Assembly: GCA_963733095.1 (NCBI GenBank)
Contig: CAVTBV010000013.1
Span: forward strand, 352,001 to 416,000
Source of the DNA: Candidatus Bathyarchaeota archaeon
GTDB taxonomy: Archaea > Thermoproteota > Bathyarchaeia > Bathyarchaeales > Bathycorpusculaceae
Reading direction: 5' to 3'
DNA: 64,000 bases
A model generated the notes under the pieces. The model was given only the letters and a program-made list of their open reading frames with translations. It made no database searches and had not been told where the DNA came from. Shown here piece after piece: positions 43,648 to 53,896 of this stretch. The position numbers were made by a program, and so were the translations under genes. The stretch's first letter is position 1. Every line of letters begins with the position of its first letter.

Positions 43648-45111
43648 ATGGCAGATATCCTTTTAACCGCAGACCGAACCCTAATGAGCAATTATCATCA
43701 AAACGAATTTCTAGGCTTTGGAACCTGTGCTCCCCCAAACTTTATTCCCGAATGGCTCTACGCCTACCTTTTCTTTCCGCCTCTTCAAACAAGCAATGGA
43801 CAGCCATGGACAGCCCCTTACGGATTAAGAAAAACTGAAGCTCAACTTATAAAAGAAGGTTTCAAAGTAAAAACCGTGAGCCCAACTCGCATAGGAAACG
43901 CACTACGAAATGCGAAGGTTCTTGGAATTCATGCTATGGATCCGTTTGGTTTAGGTCCTGCTTCTACTACACTAGCATCCTTGTTCAAAAAGGAACCGTA
44001 TCTTGCAAAACATTTTCAAGCATTGCTGAAAAGCCCCTCTATCAAAAAAGCAAAACAAAACGGGCTAAAAATCATCGTTGGTGGACCTGGTGCATGGCAG
44101 TTTAAGTTCCGTGAAAAATCAGTAAACGCCTTAAACATAGACTGTGTTGTGGAAGGGGAAGGAGAAAACGTAGTTGGGAAACTCTTCAAAGCCGCTCTAG
44201 AAGGCCAAGAACTTCCCAAACACTACGAAGTCGGCCTTGGCGAAGTGCCCACAATTGAAGAAATACCCGACATAGTCCAGCCTTCAATCAATGGTTTAAT
44301 CGAAATCGGAAGAGGCTGCTGCCGAGGCTGCCAATTCTGCAACGTAACAACGCGGCCTCTTCGTTGGTATCCAATCGAAAAGATTATGCGTGAACTAAAC
44401 GTTAACCTTGATTCTGGAAAAGTTGCCGATGTCTGCCTCCATTCTGAGGACGTTATGCTTTATGGGTCAAATAACACGATTCCTCATGAAGACAAACTTG
44501 TGGAGCTACATGAGTTAGTGCTCAAAGAGGTGGATGGGGTTAGCTGGAGCCACTGTTCCCTTGCTGCCGTCGCGTCTGCTCCTAAACTTTTCTCGAAACT
44601 GTCGGAGACTATTTTGCAGAAACAGACTTGGTGGGGCGCTGAAGTAGGCATTGAGACGGGGTCTCCCGAGGTTGCTAAGAAAATTATGCCTGCAAAGGCT
44701 CATCCGTTTAAGGCTGAAAATTGGCATGACGTTGTTGTTGACGGCATGGGTTTAATGCATGATAACAAGTTAGTTCCAGCGTGCACCTTGATTGTAGGTT
44801 TGCCTGATGAACGCCAAGAAGACGTAATCCAAACTATGGATTTGGTAGCCGATTTAAAGGACATGCGAAGCCTCATCGTCCCATTGTTCTTTGTGCCGCT
44901 GGGAAAGTTGAAGAGTGAAAACTGGTTCAACGACACAAAACTCAGCAATTTACAAAAGCAGCTTCTGATTCAGTGTGCTGAACACGATTTCCGCTGGGTC
45001 GATAACTTGTTGGACTGGTCTTTTTCGGGAAAATGGTACTCGCGAATAATGAAGGACTTCTACAAAGGCTTCTCGGCGATTGCTAAGTATAAAGTGCGGC
45101 AAATAGAATAA
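43648..45111 (+). CDS. Radical SAM protein with B12-binding-like N-terminal domain (paralog)
   Basis: LTADRTLMSNY, APYGLRK, HAMDPFGLGP, EIGRGCCRGCQFC, GIETGS. Confidence 0.85.
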   Translation: MADILLTADRTLMSNYHQNEFLGFGTCAPPNFIPEWLYAYLFFPPLQTSNGQPWTAPYGLRKTEAQLIKEGFKVKTVSPTRIGNALRNAKVLGIHAMDPFGLGPASTTLASLFKKEPYLAKHFQALLKSPSIKKAKQNGLKIIVGGPGAWQFKFREKSVNALNIDCVVEGEGENVVGKLFKAALEGQELPKHYEVGLGEVPTIEEIPDIVQPSINGLIEIGRGCCRGCQFCNVTTRPLRWYPIEKIMRELNVNLDSGKVADVCLHSEDVMLYGSNNTIPHEDKLVELHELVLKEVDGVSWSHCSLAAVASAPKLFSKLSETILQKQTWWGAEVGIETGSPEVAKKIMPAKAHPFKAENWHDVVVDGMGLMHDNKLVPACTLIVGLPDERQEDVIQTMDLVADLKDMRSLIVPLFFVPLGKLKSENWFNDTKLSNLQKQLLIQCAEHDFRWVDNLLDWSFSGKWYSRIMKDFYKGFSAIAKYKVRQIE

Positions 45112-45176
45112 CCTTTTTTGAAATGACTAAATTTAAATAGTCTTGTGGAACTGAAAGAGGAGAAGAACAATGGTTT

Positions 45177-45253
45177 GCCGCCGTTGCACAGCCCGGTAGT
45201 GCAACTGACTGTTAATCAGTAGGTCAAAGGTTCGAGTCCTTTCGGCGGCGCCA
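45177..45253 (+). tRNA. tRNA-Asn (GTT), intronless, CCA encoded; probable provirus attachment site
   Basis: Acceptor stem GCCGCCG/CGGCGGC, anticodon arm CTGA-CTGTTAA-TCAG, TTCGAGT T-loop. Confidence 0.96.
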
Positions 45254-45286
45254 CTGATAACGCGAAAAAACTACCAGTTTTTTCGT

Positions 45287-46720
45287 TCACTGAACTGAAA
45301 CCTCCGATCTAACCAGTTGCTTTAGCTGGTCTGCCAGAAGAGACAATTGATGATTCTGGTACACTTCTTGGGTCTCAGTGATGTTTCCCCGCAACAAAGC
45401 ATCCTTGGTTAATATTTCCTCTGGGTTTTGTCCCCAAGCGCGTATGATTTCTTTAAGTTGCTCTATTCTGTTTGCTTGAGTCTTCGGTCTTATGGCTAAT
45501 CCTGCAGAAACGTACAGATTTCTTAGAGTTTCTATTCCTAAGCTTTGGACGTCTTCATAGGTGTCGATTGTCTTGCCCATAAAGTACTTGGTGATTTCAC
45601 TGTCTATTTTTGATGCACTCATCTGTGTTCTAAACCATTTCCGCAAACTATGAGTTCTTACGCTATACATCCAGCTATTTGGCAGTTTCTCTGCAACGTC
45701 TGCTGCGACGGCGATTGTGTGGACGATTTTTCTTATTGTTTTCTCGCTTACACCTAATACTTTGTAGGCGTTATGGTCGCTTCGTATGAGAGGTGATTCG
45801 TCGGTGATTTCTTCTGGTGGCGTGTATCTGCTGCCTCGTCTTCTGTCGGCGATGTACATTTTTAGCAGTTGGCTTGCTTCTGCGTTTATGAAGGTGTCGT
45901 AATCGTGGTATTTTCCCTTGGTAATTTCTGCTTCTACATGGATGTGTATGGGAATTCTGTTGGCTTCTAGGTCGTCTTTTATGTGTCGATATTTTAGTTT
46001 ACTGAAGGTTCCTTCTCTAAATCCGCCTGTTGCTATGGCTGCTATGATGAAGGCTTCGCGGACAGCTGATTTGTCTATCATTGCTGTAATTTCTTCAGGT
46101 TTTGGGGCTCGGTCTTTGTAGGCGACTTTTCTGCTCAGTCGCTCTGAGAGTTTGACATCGATGCCATTTACGTGATAGAAGGTTTTGACGGCTTTTATAC
46201 AGTTATTTACGGCGGCTGGTTTGAGGTCGTCATCTTGTAGTTCGGCGAGATAGTCGTTTAAGAATCCACAGTGGTTCTGAACTTTTATAGGGTCAGAGAT
46301 GGCGCCTTGGGGTTTTACGTCTTGGATGATTAAGTCTGGGCTGTATCCTAACCAGATAGCGTATTTTCGCACGTTAACAGAATAGATTAGGCAGCTTCTG
46401 TGGGAGCCTGAGAGATGGCGTAGAAAATGGCGGGCGAGTTTTAGCATGCTTTGGTTGTCGAATATGAAGGGAATTACGCCTGGGCGCTCGTTTAGGCAAG
46501 ATCTGATTATGTAGTCGACGAGGTCTTTTTCTTTGGCTTCCAAGATTTTTTGGAGTTGTATCTTCACTGGGTTTTTGAGCTTCCAACCAGTTAAGCTAGT
46601 GTAGATCGTGACATAATCGTCTTCGAATGTCAGTGGAAGGTTGAGGCTTTTTAGTTCTTCAATGGAGAGTTGGCGGTTTCGAGAGATAGCGGGGGCTAAA
46701 GTAGTCGTTCGCTGTATCAA
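45287..46720 (-). CDS. Tyrosine recombinase/integrase
   Basis: GGFREGT (R), ITKGK, HSLRKWF (HxxR), FMGK..DTY (Y). Confidence 0.92.
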   Translation of the reverse strand: MIQRTTTLAPAISRNRQLSIEELKSLNLPLTFEDDYVTIYTSLTGWKLKNPVKIQLQKILEAKEKDLVDYIIRSCLNERPGVIPFIFDNQSMLKLARHFLRHLSGSHRSCLIYSVNVRKYAIWLGYSPDLIIQDVKPQGAISDPIKVQNHCGFLNDYLAELQDDDLKPAAVNNCIKAVKTFYHVNGIDVKLSERLSRKVAYKDRAPKPEEITAMIDKSAVREAFIIAAIATGGFREGTFSKLKYRHIKDDLEANRIPIHIHVEAEITKGKYHDYDTFINAEASQLLKMYIADRRRGSRYTPPEEITDESPLIRSDHNAYKVLGVSEKTIRKIVHTIAVAADVAEKLPNSWMYSVRTHSLRKWFRTQMSASKIDSEITKYFMGKTIDTYEDVQSLGIETLRNLYVSAGLAIRPKTQANRIEQLKEIIRAWGQNPEEILTKDALLRGNITETQEVYQNHQLSLLADQLKQLVRSEVSVQ

Positions 46721-47229
46721 GTTTGTTGTCTCCTTGCGGAGTCTTTAGCTCCGTGAGTTTTTCGCTCCGATGGTCGGAACGCATACTCACCCTCTGGTAT
46801 TGGACGTTTGATATTTAAATGCCAGTTTGAATTTTTTTGTAATGGTCGCTGGCAGATTTTGAGTTTCTGCAGTTCCAAAACGTCGGTTTTTAGCAGGACT
46901 AAGCCTGAAGCTTTTGGGTCGCCACCGTGCAGCGTAGGCGGCTGGGCGTCTCTATCCCATGCTAAGGTTATGTAGAGTTCGCAATCGTAAACCAGCCAAC
47001 CAATGGCCTCCCTAATTTGCGGCTGCATCATTAAAGCGGAGCTGCGATTGTATAGAACATGGTCTCGATACCGAACATAAATCAACTTTTGGGGTGGGAT
47101 TTGGGAGCTGGTGGTGCCGGTGTCCTCTTTTGAGGGCAACTTACAAGATTTGGAACCGGCTTTAGTGCCAAAAACGACTTCGGAGGAGACTTGAAGGTTT
47201 GTAAGCTCAGCCATTCCCTCCCACCTCAT
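46717..47229 (-). CDS. Hypothetical proviral protein
   Basis: Overlaps integrase start; YVRYRDH..EAIGWLV beta-rich domain. Confidence 0.6.
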   Translation of the reverse strand: MRWEGMAELTNLQVSSEVVFGTKAGSKSCKLPSKEDTGTTSSQIPPQKLIYVRYRDHVLYNRSSALMMQPQIREAIGWLVYDCELYITLAWDRDAQPPTLHGGDPKASGLVLLKTDVLELQKLKICQRPLQKNSNWHLNIKRPIPEGEYAFRPSERKTHGAKDSARRQQT

Positions 47230-47487
47230 TTAGCAATCTGAAAAATCGGAAATCCCAAACAACTCAGCCAGATTCCTAAGAGCCGCCGACGCCTGCGCCT
47301 GCTTTTCTAAATCATGAATGCCTCTAATTTTGGACTCCATTTGCGCAAGTTCAGCCCTCAATTCAGCCTTCTCAACTAGCTGCAAACGGTCCTCATGTTC
47401 CCGCAGTGCAACGCCGACTTCGCTTACTATTACGCCGATTTGAGCCAGGACATCCACAAGGAGTTTTTCTCTCTTTGAATTAATCAA
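47230..47487 (-). CDS. Hypothetical coiled-coil proviral protein
   Basis: Translationally coupled in the leftward operon. Confidence 0.6.
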   Translation of the reverse strand: MINSKREKLLVDVLAQIGVIVSEVGVALREHEDRLQLVEKAELRAELAQMESKIRGIHDLEKQAQASAALRNLAELFGISDFSDC

Positions 47488-47698
47488 TCACACCTACCTC
47501 CTCGACTAAAATGGATCCATTGTTAATTTTGGCGTAGCGATGCAGAGCATACAGCATCACGTCAATTATTGTTCCGTCTCCCTTAACAGAAATGCAGCCT
47601 GCTCCCTTAGATTTCACCTTTAGTTGAACCCATCTGCTCACGATTAACTTTACGTGTGGGAGGGCTGATTCATCAAAAGTCAATTTTACCTCTCGCAA
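47480..47698 (-). CDS. Hypothetical proviral protein
   Basis: First gene of the leftward operon, GGAGG upstream. Confidence 0.55.
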   Translation of the reverse strand: MREVKLTFDESALPHVKLIVSRWVQLKVKSKGAGCISVKGDGTIIDVMLYALHRYAKINNGSILVEEVGVID

Positions 47699-47920
47699 CC
47701 ATTCATGCCTCCAAAAACGTCAGAGTTGAAGAAGTGTCTTGTTTGGGAAGTTTGCAAGAGAAACTCCGATTGGTGAGATGAGAGAAGGTTATGCGGGGAC
47801 ACATACATGCTCCCAAGGGAGAAGAAACCCTGCGAACTCTTTTTCCCCAAGATATTTTCCTTCAACTTTGCCGCCTTACCCCTACGTGGAGTTTAAAGTT
47901 TAAGAAAATTCTGTGTTCAC

Positions 47921-47995
47921 CAAAGTACAGTGTACTTTGTGAAGCTTCCGAAAGTATAGTGTACTTTGCGGGCTCTTCCAAAGTCCTGTATCTTT
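47921..47995. promoter_or_regulatory. Three palindromic operator-like boxes at 29-bp period
   Basis: CAAAGTACA-G-TGTACTTTG (47921-47939), AAAGTATAGTGTACTTT (47951-47967), degenerate AAAGTCCTGTATCTTT (from 47980). Confidence 0.7.
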
Positions 47996-48425
47996 AAAAG
48001 ACATATTCGTTTTTTTCTTCTAAGAAAAGCACCATAGCAGCAAGTTGTGTGGTTAATGCTTGGTCACTTGCTTCTCTGTTAAACTGGTCTGCATTAATTT
48101 TATCCTGGTAGAAGGCGACTTTGGCTCTGATTGTGGCCTTATAAAGTGTGACTTGGGAGCCTGTTTGGGTCTGTCTTGTGCCAACTGATTTTAGGTACCC
48201 TTGCTGGGTTAGCGCTCGTACTCTGCGGTTAACATTCGAGTATTTTGTGAACTTCAATCCTTTATTTTTCTTGACCTCTTTTGCTATGTCATAGATGACT
48301 AGAGGGCTATTTTGGAAGAGGGTTAGCAGTATTACTCGGTTTAATTTGGCTTCTCTGCCTTTGAAGATCGAAATTGTTGAGTTGTGTCTTTTTGATTTGG
48401 AAAATGTGGGGAGGCGTTTTGCTAT
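47994..48425 (-). CDS. Winged-helix DNA-binding protein (candidate proviral repressor)
   Basis: Frame stays open upstream of the listed ORF (IFKGREAKLNRVILLTL..PLVIYDIAKEV..YSNVNRRVRALTQQGYL..TLY); start uncertain (ATA 48425). Confidence 0.65.
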   Translation of the reverse strand: MAKRLPTFSKSKRHNSTISIFKGREAKLNRVILLTLFQNSPLVIYDIAKEVKKNKGLKFTKYSNVNRRVRALTQQGYLKSVGTRQTQTGSQVTLYKATIRAKVAFYQDKINADQFNREASDQALTTQLAAMVLFLEEKNEYVF

Positions 48426-48733
48426 TTTGATTGTGTCTTTATAGTTCTTGGGTGTTTTGGAGGGCCCTAAAATTAAGGGGACACCGCTCCCAAGAGTGAT
48501 TGACTAACTATTTGCATGGAATCAAAGCTGAAGTATTCAAGGGTTCCTATGTCTAAGGGGTCGAGTACCAAAACACAGTCAAGCACAATGACTACTGCTG
48601 TTGCAACTGCTGTTCCCCGGCTCTCCATAAACTCTGGAGCAAGCATGCAAGTCATAAAAGGTTAACTGAAATAAGGTTTTTTCAATATACAAGTTTAACA
48701 ATAGTTCAGAAAAAGTAATTTGTTTTTAGTAAT

Positions 48734-48988
48734 TTAAGTCTGAGGATGCTCACCATTTTGCTCACCCAACGATATTTTATTATGTTTAGCAAAGGCTGCT
48801 AGCTTGCGTTCAAGTTGGAGTATCTTTTTTTGTTGGCCTGTCAGAATAGAAATAACCATGGGCTCAAAGACGATTGGATTTGTCGCCATGCTACTCTCCG
48901 AAGCGTAATTCCTGCACATATCCATAAGGTCCTCAAACGCTTCCCTGTCCTCCTTACATAAAGTGACAATAGAAAATAGATATTTCAA
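48734..48988 (-). CDS. Hypothetical helical protein, probably an N-truncated fragment
   Basis: DREAFEDLMDMCRNYAS...PIVFEPMVISIL resembles, from memory, small archaeal proteins encoded beside PolB2. Confidence 0.4.
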   Translation of the reverse strand: MKYLFSIVTLCKEDREAFEDLMDMCRNYASESSMATNPIVFEPMVISILTGQQKKILQLERKLAAFAKHNKISLGEQNGEHPQT

Positions 48989-49046
48989 TTTATAACAAAA
49001 TTTAAATGTAATTATGTATTGTCAGGTTTAAATCAGGTGGTCGCTC

Positions 49047-49628
49047 ATGAGTTTAGATTGGAAAAAATGGTCAAAAAATGACGTACTCTTTGGAATTATC
49101 CTACCTGTAATCGCAGTTTTTGTCATTGTATTAATTTCAAAACTTCAGTCGCTAGTCGGTGGAGGTCCTGGAATCGTTTTTGGGCTTACGATGGAAATAC
49201 TGGAGCTTGTCGTTATAGTAGGTGTTCCCTTAGCCCTTGGTTTACTATGGAATCAATGGGCAGGCGGCGCCTCAGGCTTCCTAATGGGTACATTCTACGC
49301 ATTGTACTGGGCAAACAGCTTCCATGACACATCAGGTTCAGGAACAGTCCTTTTAGCATATATCCTAAGTCCAATGTTAATCGGATACATGGCTGGGGCT
49401 CTAAATAAGCGGTCAGATAATTTCAAAAGGCTACTTATTGCAGGCATTGTCGATGCTACAATCGGAGGCATAGTTATGTTCAGTATATTCCAAATGTCGC
49501 CTGCAAACGTAGTAACAGGTGTGACCGGATTTGCATTGACAGTTTTGACGCGGATGCTTGCCGCTGTACTAACAGCTGTTGTAGTCAAAATATTCTTCTG
49601 GTACGGCATGGGTGCTCAAAAACAGTAA
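49047..49628 (+). CDS. Hypothetical integral membrane protein
   Basis: About 6 TM helices; GGTGG upstream. Confidence 0.7.
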   Translation: MSLDWKKWSKNDVLFGIILPVIAVFVIVLISKLQSLVGGGPGIVFGLTMEILELVVIVGVPLALGLLWNQWAGGASGFLMGTFYALYWANSFHDTSGSGTVLLAYILSPMLIGYMAGALNKRSDNFKRLLIAGIVDATIGGIVMFSIFQMSPANVVTGVTGFALTVLTRMLAAVLTAVVVKIFFWYGMGAQKQ

Positions 49629-49825
49629 ACAACATCAAAGAAAACATCGCTGTTTCATTGATAAACATCGCCTTCATGGTCACTGCAGCTTTGCTTGGCT
49701 ACTTAGGGCTTGTCACAGGTTTACTGCTAAACGAAGTAAGTGTATTATTAGTGATCGGAAACGCGCTAAGACCATTGACTACCAAAAACAAATTCGACGC
49801 GGCAAACAAAAAACAGATGGAGTAA
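49625..49825 (+). pseudogene. C-terminal remnant of heavy-metal P1B-type ATPase
   Basis: Manual translation NIKENIAVS...GLLLNEVSVLLVIGNALR matches the last two TM helices of CadA/ZntA-type pumps. Confidence 0.65.
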
Positions 49826-49828
49826 GTG

Positions 49829-50206
49829 CTATATTGAGCGCCCTTTATCTGTAATTTTATATATCTTCCAGTTTTTCTTTTTGTAAGAAATAATGAGCCC
49901 TGCTTCTTCCAAAACCATAAGATGGTAAGACAGGCGCGAATCCGAAATTTTTATCAAAACTTTGATAACACAAGGACATAAATCGCATTGCCTAATAGCC
50001 TTCAAAATCGTCAGCCTTGTTTTGTCTGACAGAATTCGGTGCAGTTTAACTTCTGTGTCAACTTCGCCAGGTTTTATCGCACCTAAAATTCGGTCCAATC
50101 CGCCTATTTCAGCGATTGCCTCTGTGACTTCCTGAGGCAGAGCATCATTTTTGATTTTTTCTGAATCAGGGCAATTGCATTCTGTTACCATTTGGTGTCT
50201 ACACAA
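49829..50206 (-). CDS. ArsR/SmtB family regulator
   Basis: LSDKTRLTIL, DLCPC, SRLSYHLMVLEEAGLI. Confidence 0.85.
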   Translation of the reverse strand: MCRHQMVTECNCPDSEKIKNDALPQEVTEAIAEIGGLDRILGAIKPGEVDTEVKLHRILSDKTRLTILKAIRQCDLCPCVIKVLIKISDSRLSYHLMVLEEAGLIISYKKKNWKIYKITDKGRSI

Positions 50207-50343
50207 AAACTACAACTGGACACTAATAAAAAGTAGTAGTTGAGCACCGCCTCAAATCTCCGTAAACTCGCACTTATTGCAGAGGCATCCAAAACAGTGA
50301 TGTGCACTTTCTCCTAATCAAGTTTAAGAATGCGAAAATGTTA

Positions 50344-50567
50344 ATGAGCGATTACGGTCCAGACTGCAAAAATGAATCAATTGTAACCGTAGATACGAAA
50401 GGCAGATTGTTCTCCCAAAAAATCCGAGAAAGGGAGCTGGTTTCAAGCCAAATAGCAAATTAGCTCTCCTATCTTTTGAAAAGGGAGGCGAAACATGTTG
50501 TGTTATAGTGATGAAGGCAGAAAGCCTATAGGAAGCCGTGAAAAAAACCTTAAGCTCACAGGCATAG
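50344..50567 (+). pseudogene. Degraded AbrB-fold protein resembling hgcAB-associated HgcC
   Basis: Pieced across frameshifts: CKNESIVTVDTKG/QIVLPK/AGFKPNSKLALLSFEKGGETCCVIVMKAE, with an internal TAG. Confidence 0.55.
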
Positions 50568-50610
50568 CGGAAAAAGAAGAATTCGAAACACTAAAAGCAA
50601 ACTAACAAGG

Positions 50611-50961
50611 CTATTTTTTAGCCTCGCAGTCATAACAGACATTAATTTTTCGATTTGTCCAATAGTGTTTTCCGCATACTTCACACGTAGTCTTCCAAAT
50701 CATGCCCTTATCTTCTTCCTTCACCGGCGGATATGAAGCATTTCTTGACGGGAAAACTATCGCCTTCTTGTGGCAAAGAGGCGCACATGCTGAACAACCT
50801 TTGACACATTTAGTTGGGTATGCAACCACCGCTTTTCCTTCTAGAAAAGTGAAAACGCGGTTTGGGCAGTATTCAATGCAGCGTGGTTTTCCAGTGCCGA
50901 CACAGCCATCACACTTGTCAGAAAAAACTGTAGGAAACCAAGGGACATCTAAGTCAGACAT
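50611..50961 (-). CDS. 4Fe-4S ferredoxin with C-terminal Cys motif
   Basis: PWFPTV..KCDGC..CIEYCP, CVKGCSACAPLC, CEVC..CYDC. Confidence 0.8.
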   Translation of the reverse strand: MSDLDVPWFPTVFSDKCDGCVGTGKPRCIEYCPNRVFTFLEGKAVVAYPTKCVKGCSACAPLCHKKAIVFPSRNASYPPVKEEDKGMIWKTTCEVCGKHYWTNRKINVCYDCEAKK

Positions 50962-51017
50962 AAATATCCTCCGTTTGTCTTGTGAATTTTCGGTTTAAAT
51001 TCTTTTGTATTGAAATG

Positions 51018-53429
51018 TTACCTCCGAGTTGTCTTAAATTTATCTACAAGGTATACTTTGATTGGGTCGTTGATTATAAAAGTCGTTAGCAGTCCATATC
51101 CGAGGATTGCAAGGACAGGTATGTAGCCGAGGGGTGCAAGCTCTAAGATGCCAAAGATGGAGATTGCAATCACAAATAGGACTTCAGATAGAACCGTAAC
51201 GCTTAAGAATCTGCTTGGTCTTGATTTCCAAAAGTGACTTCTCTCACGTACAATCATTAGAGTGAACACTCCAATAAGGTTCAGATAAGCAAACCCAAAT
51301 GTGTAGATTTTCTCCACATTTCCAATCAGCCCAAAATATGATAGTGCAGGTACAGCAAAGATTGCGCTTTCAACCGTCATAAGTACGCCAAGTGATCCAC
51401 TGACTCCGAACAAACGTCGCATATCGAACGTGTCAGGCTTGAGAGAAGCCTTTACGTTATCGGTTGATATGGACATCGAGACGAAGTCGCCAAGGAAAAG
51501 CAGCAATACTGTGCCCGTTATTGATAGCATTAATGAGTGTGTAAGGAAGAGCATCACAACGATGAAGCCTGCGATGTGCAGTTTTCGGGCAACCATCATC
51601 AGGGCCCAACTGTAGATTCGCTGGTAAATAGTACGCGAAGTTTTTATCATAGATATTATTCCGCCCAAGCCCTCCACAGTAAGTACGGCGCTTGCAGAAT
51701 CCTTGGCAATATCCGTTGCGTTTTTCACAGCTATTCCCACCTCTGCTTGCCCCAGAGCAGGAGCATCGTTAACGCCGTCACCGGTCATTCCTACCACGTG
51801 CCCTATGCGCTGCAAAGTTTTGACTATGCTGAACTTGTCTTCAGGATAAATTTGAGCTATGCCATGACTGTTTTCGATCGTTGAGTCGATGGGTGTGGCC
51901 TTGGTTTCGTCTTCCTGAATTTTAGACATCGTTGTTACGTTGTTGCCTAATCCAATCTGCTGGGCGATATTCTTGGCAATAGGAAGAGAATCTCCAGTAA
52001 GCATCTTCACTTCCACGCCTAAAGCGCGAGCCTGTTCTATTATATCCCGTGAATCTTCTCTGATGCGGTCGGCTATGCCTGCAAGACCAACAAACTGTAG
52101 ATTATTTCGGTGAGATCCCTTAGACACTGCGATAACTCTCAGACCCCGCGCGGAAAGATCCTCAGCAATCGTTAACATTGCTTTTGCTTCGTGTTCGGGA
52201 ACGTTGCAGACAGCACATATTGTGTCAAAAGAACCTTTTCCTACATAGAGTTTCTCGCCAGCTCTGTCGATTGTAGCTTCTGTCATTCTAGTTTTAGGGT
52301 CGAAAGGTATGAATTCTTTTTGCACGTAAGTGTTCAAGGGTATGTGTGCTTCTGTGGCAGCGGTTAAGAAGGCTGTGTCAATTGGGTCTTGATTAGCCTC
52401 ATTTGATGCAAGTGTCCCATAAAGCAGCACGTCACCTTCGACAAATCCGTTTAATGGGACTTCTTTTTCAACGAATAGCTTGTTCATCGTGATTGTACCT
52501 GTTTTATCTGCGCACAATACATCCATAGTGGCGGCATCTTCGCTTGCGCTGAGCCTTGTAACGAGGACACCTTGCTTTGCAAGGACCGCTGAGCCAAGAG
52601 CCATGTTTATTGTGAACATGGTGGGCATCGCAACTGGCACGGAAGCTATGAGCAGCACTCCGGCGAGGGGTAGCAAGACGGCAAGTTCAAAACCTGTCAG
52701 AACGGCGTATACAAAGACTATTAGAAGAGATGCCAGGACTAGTATGGCCAGTTGGCGTGCAACTTTGACTGTGACTTCTTCCATGTGGAGTTTGGGTTTT
52801 GCAAGGTTAAGCAGCGAAATGGTTCGTCCAAAATAGGTTTTTAGTCCTGTAGCCTCGACTATGCCTGTGGCTTCTCCACGTTTAACGGCTGATCCTGAAT
52901 AAGCGATTTCTTTAGGTAACTTATCTACGATTCCAGATTCTCCAGTGAGCACTGACTGGTCTAAACCAAGAGAACCGTCAATTATCTTCACGTCTGCTGG
53001 AAGTAGGTCGCCGATTCTTAGTCTTACGAGGTCTCCTGGGACAAGTTCTCTGGCTGGGATGGTGGACCATTTTCCTTCCCTTTTTACTCGGCTTTCGATT
53101 CGTAGTCTCTGCTTGAGTTTGGCCATTGCTGCTTTTGCTCTTCCTTCACGCCATAGCGACATGCCTGCGTTGAATAGAAGGAGAAAGACGATGACGAGCG
53201 CCTGTGGATATTTGCCAAGAATTAGTGTAATGATAGCTGTGGCTTCAAGCATCCAAGGTACAATACCCCAGAAACGTTTTCCCAGCCTTGAAAGAAAGCT
53301 TACTTTTTTCTCGGGGACCTCATTGTACCCGTAGGTGACTATTCTTTCCTGAACTTCTTGGTTTTGTAGTCCAGTTTCTAAATTTGTTTCTTGAATCTCT
53401 TTTTTTGTTTCCTTTTCCATTTTCCTCAC
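51018..53429 (-). CDS. Plasma-membrane-type H+ P-ATPase (P3A)
   Basis: PWMLE, TGES, VPVAMP, CADKTGT, PFDP, GMTGDGVNDAPAL, SISTDNV. Confidence 0.85.
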   Translation of the reverse strand: MRKMEKETKKEIQETNLETGLQNQEVQERIVTYGYNEVPEKKVSFLSRLGKRFWGIVPWMLEATAIITLILGKYPQALVIVFLLLFNAGMSLWREGRAKAAMAKLKQRLRIESRVKREGKWSTIPARELVPGDLVRLRIGDLLPADVKIIDGSLGLDQSVLTGESGIVDKLPKEIAYSGSAVKRGEATGIVEATGLKTYFGRTISLLNLAKPKLHMEEVTVKVARQLAILVLASLLIVFVYAVLTGFELAVLLPLAGVLLIASVPVAMPTMFTINMALGSAVLAKQGVLVTRLSASEDAATMDVLCADKTGTITMNKLFVEKEVPLNGFVEGDVLLYGTLASNEANQDPIDTAFLTAATEAHIPLNTYVQKEFIPFDPKTRMTEATIDRAGEKLYVGKGSFDTICAVCNVPEHEAKAMLTIAEDLSARGLRVIAVSKGSHRNNLQFVGLAGIADRIREDSRDIIEQARALGVEVKMLTGDSLPIAKNIAQQIGLGNNVTTMSKIQEDETKATPIDSTIENSHGIAQIYPEDKFSIVKTLQRIGHVVGMTGDGVNDAPALGQAEVGIAVKNATDIAKDSASAVLTVEGLGGIISMIKTSRTIYQRIYSWALMMVARKLHIAGFIVVMLFLTHSLMLSITGTVLLLFLGDFVSMSISTDNVKASLKPDTFDMRRLFGVSGSLGVLMTVESAIFAVPALSYFGLIGNVEKIYTFGFAYLNLIGVFTLMIVRERSHFWKSRPSRFLSVTVLSEVLFVIAISIFGILELAPLGYIPVLAILGYGLLTTFIINDPIKVYLVDKFKTTRR

Positions 53430-53509
53430 TTTTGGGCGGTTCTAATTTTTGAAGCGGTGATTGTTGTGAATAAAAAAGGGGTTTAAGTGCAAAAAATTAA
53501 CGTTCAGTT

Positions 53510-53791
53510 TTAGGTTATTGCTTTTAGTTTGTCGATTGTCTTTTGGGTTTCCTCTTCTGATGGATGCGTAATGGCGCCAACAGGGCAAATGTCTTCACAA
53601 CCTCTGCAGAATACGATGCATTTGTTTGGGTTTACTACTGTTCTTTTTTGGTTGTCTTTTTCTTCAACTTTGAAGGTGCCCACATGGCAGAAGTCAACGC
53701 ATTTTCCGCAGGCTATGCATTTTTCGTAGTCTATTTTTGGGTCCCAAGGGATTTTTTCACGAGGAATGCCCTCGTAAGATTCTTCAGACAT
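53510..53791 (-). CDS. 2x[4Fe-4S] ferredoxin
   Basis: GIPREKIPW.PKID, CIACGKCVDFC, CIVFCRGCEDICP. Confidence 0.88.
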   Translation of the reverse strand: MSEESYEGIPREKIPWDPKIDYEKCIACGKCVDFCHVGTFKVEEKDNQKRTVVNPNKCIVFCRGCEDICPVGAITHPSEEETQKTIDKLKAIT

Positions 53792-53896
53792 GTTTTCACC
53801 ATTTGTTTAGCTATTACAAAAGGAAACAATATTTAAATATTGTTATGAATCTGAATTCGTTCACTACAATAAAGAATTAAAAAACAAAGTGATTTC

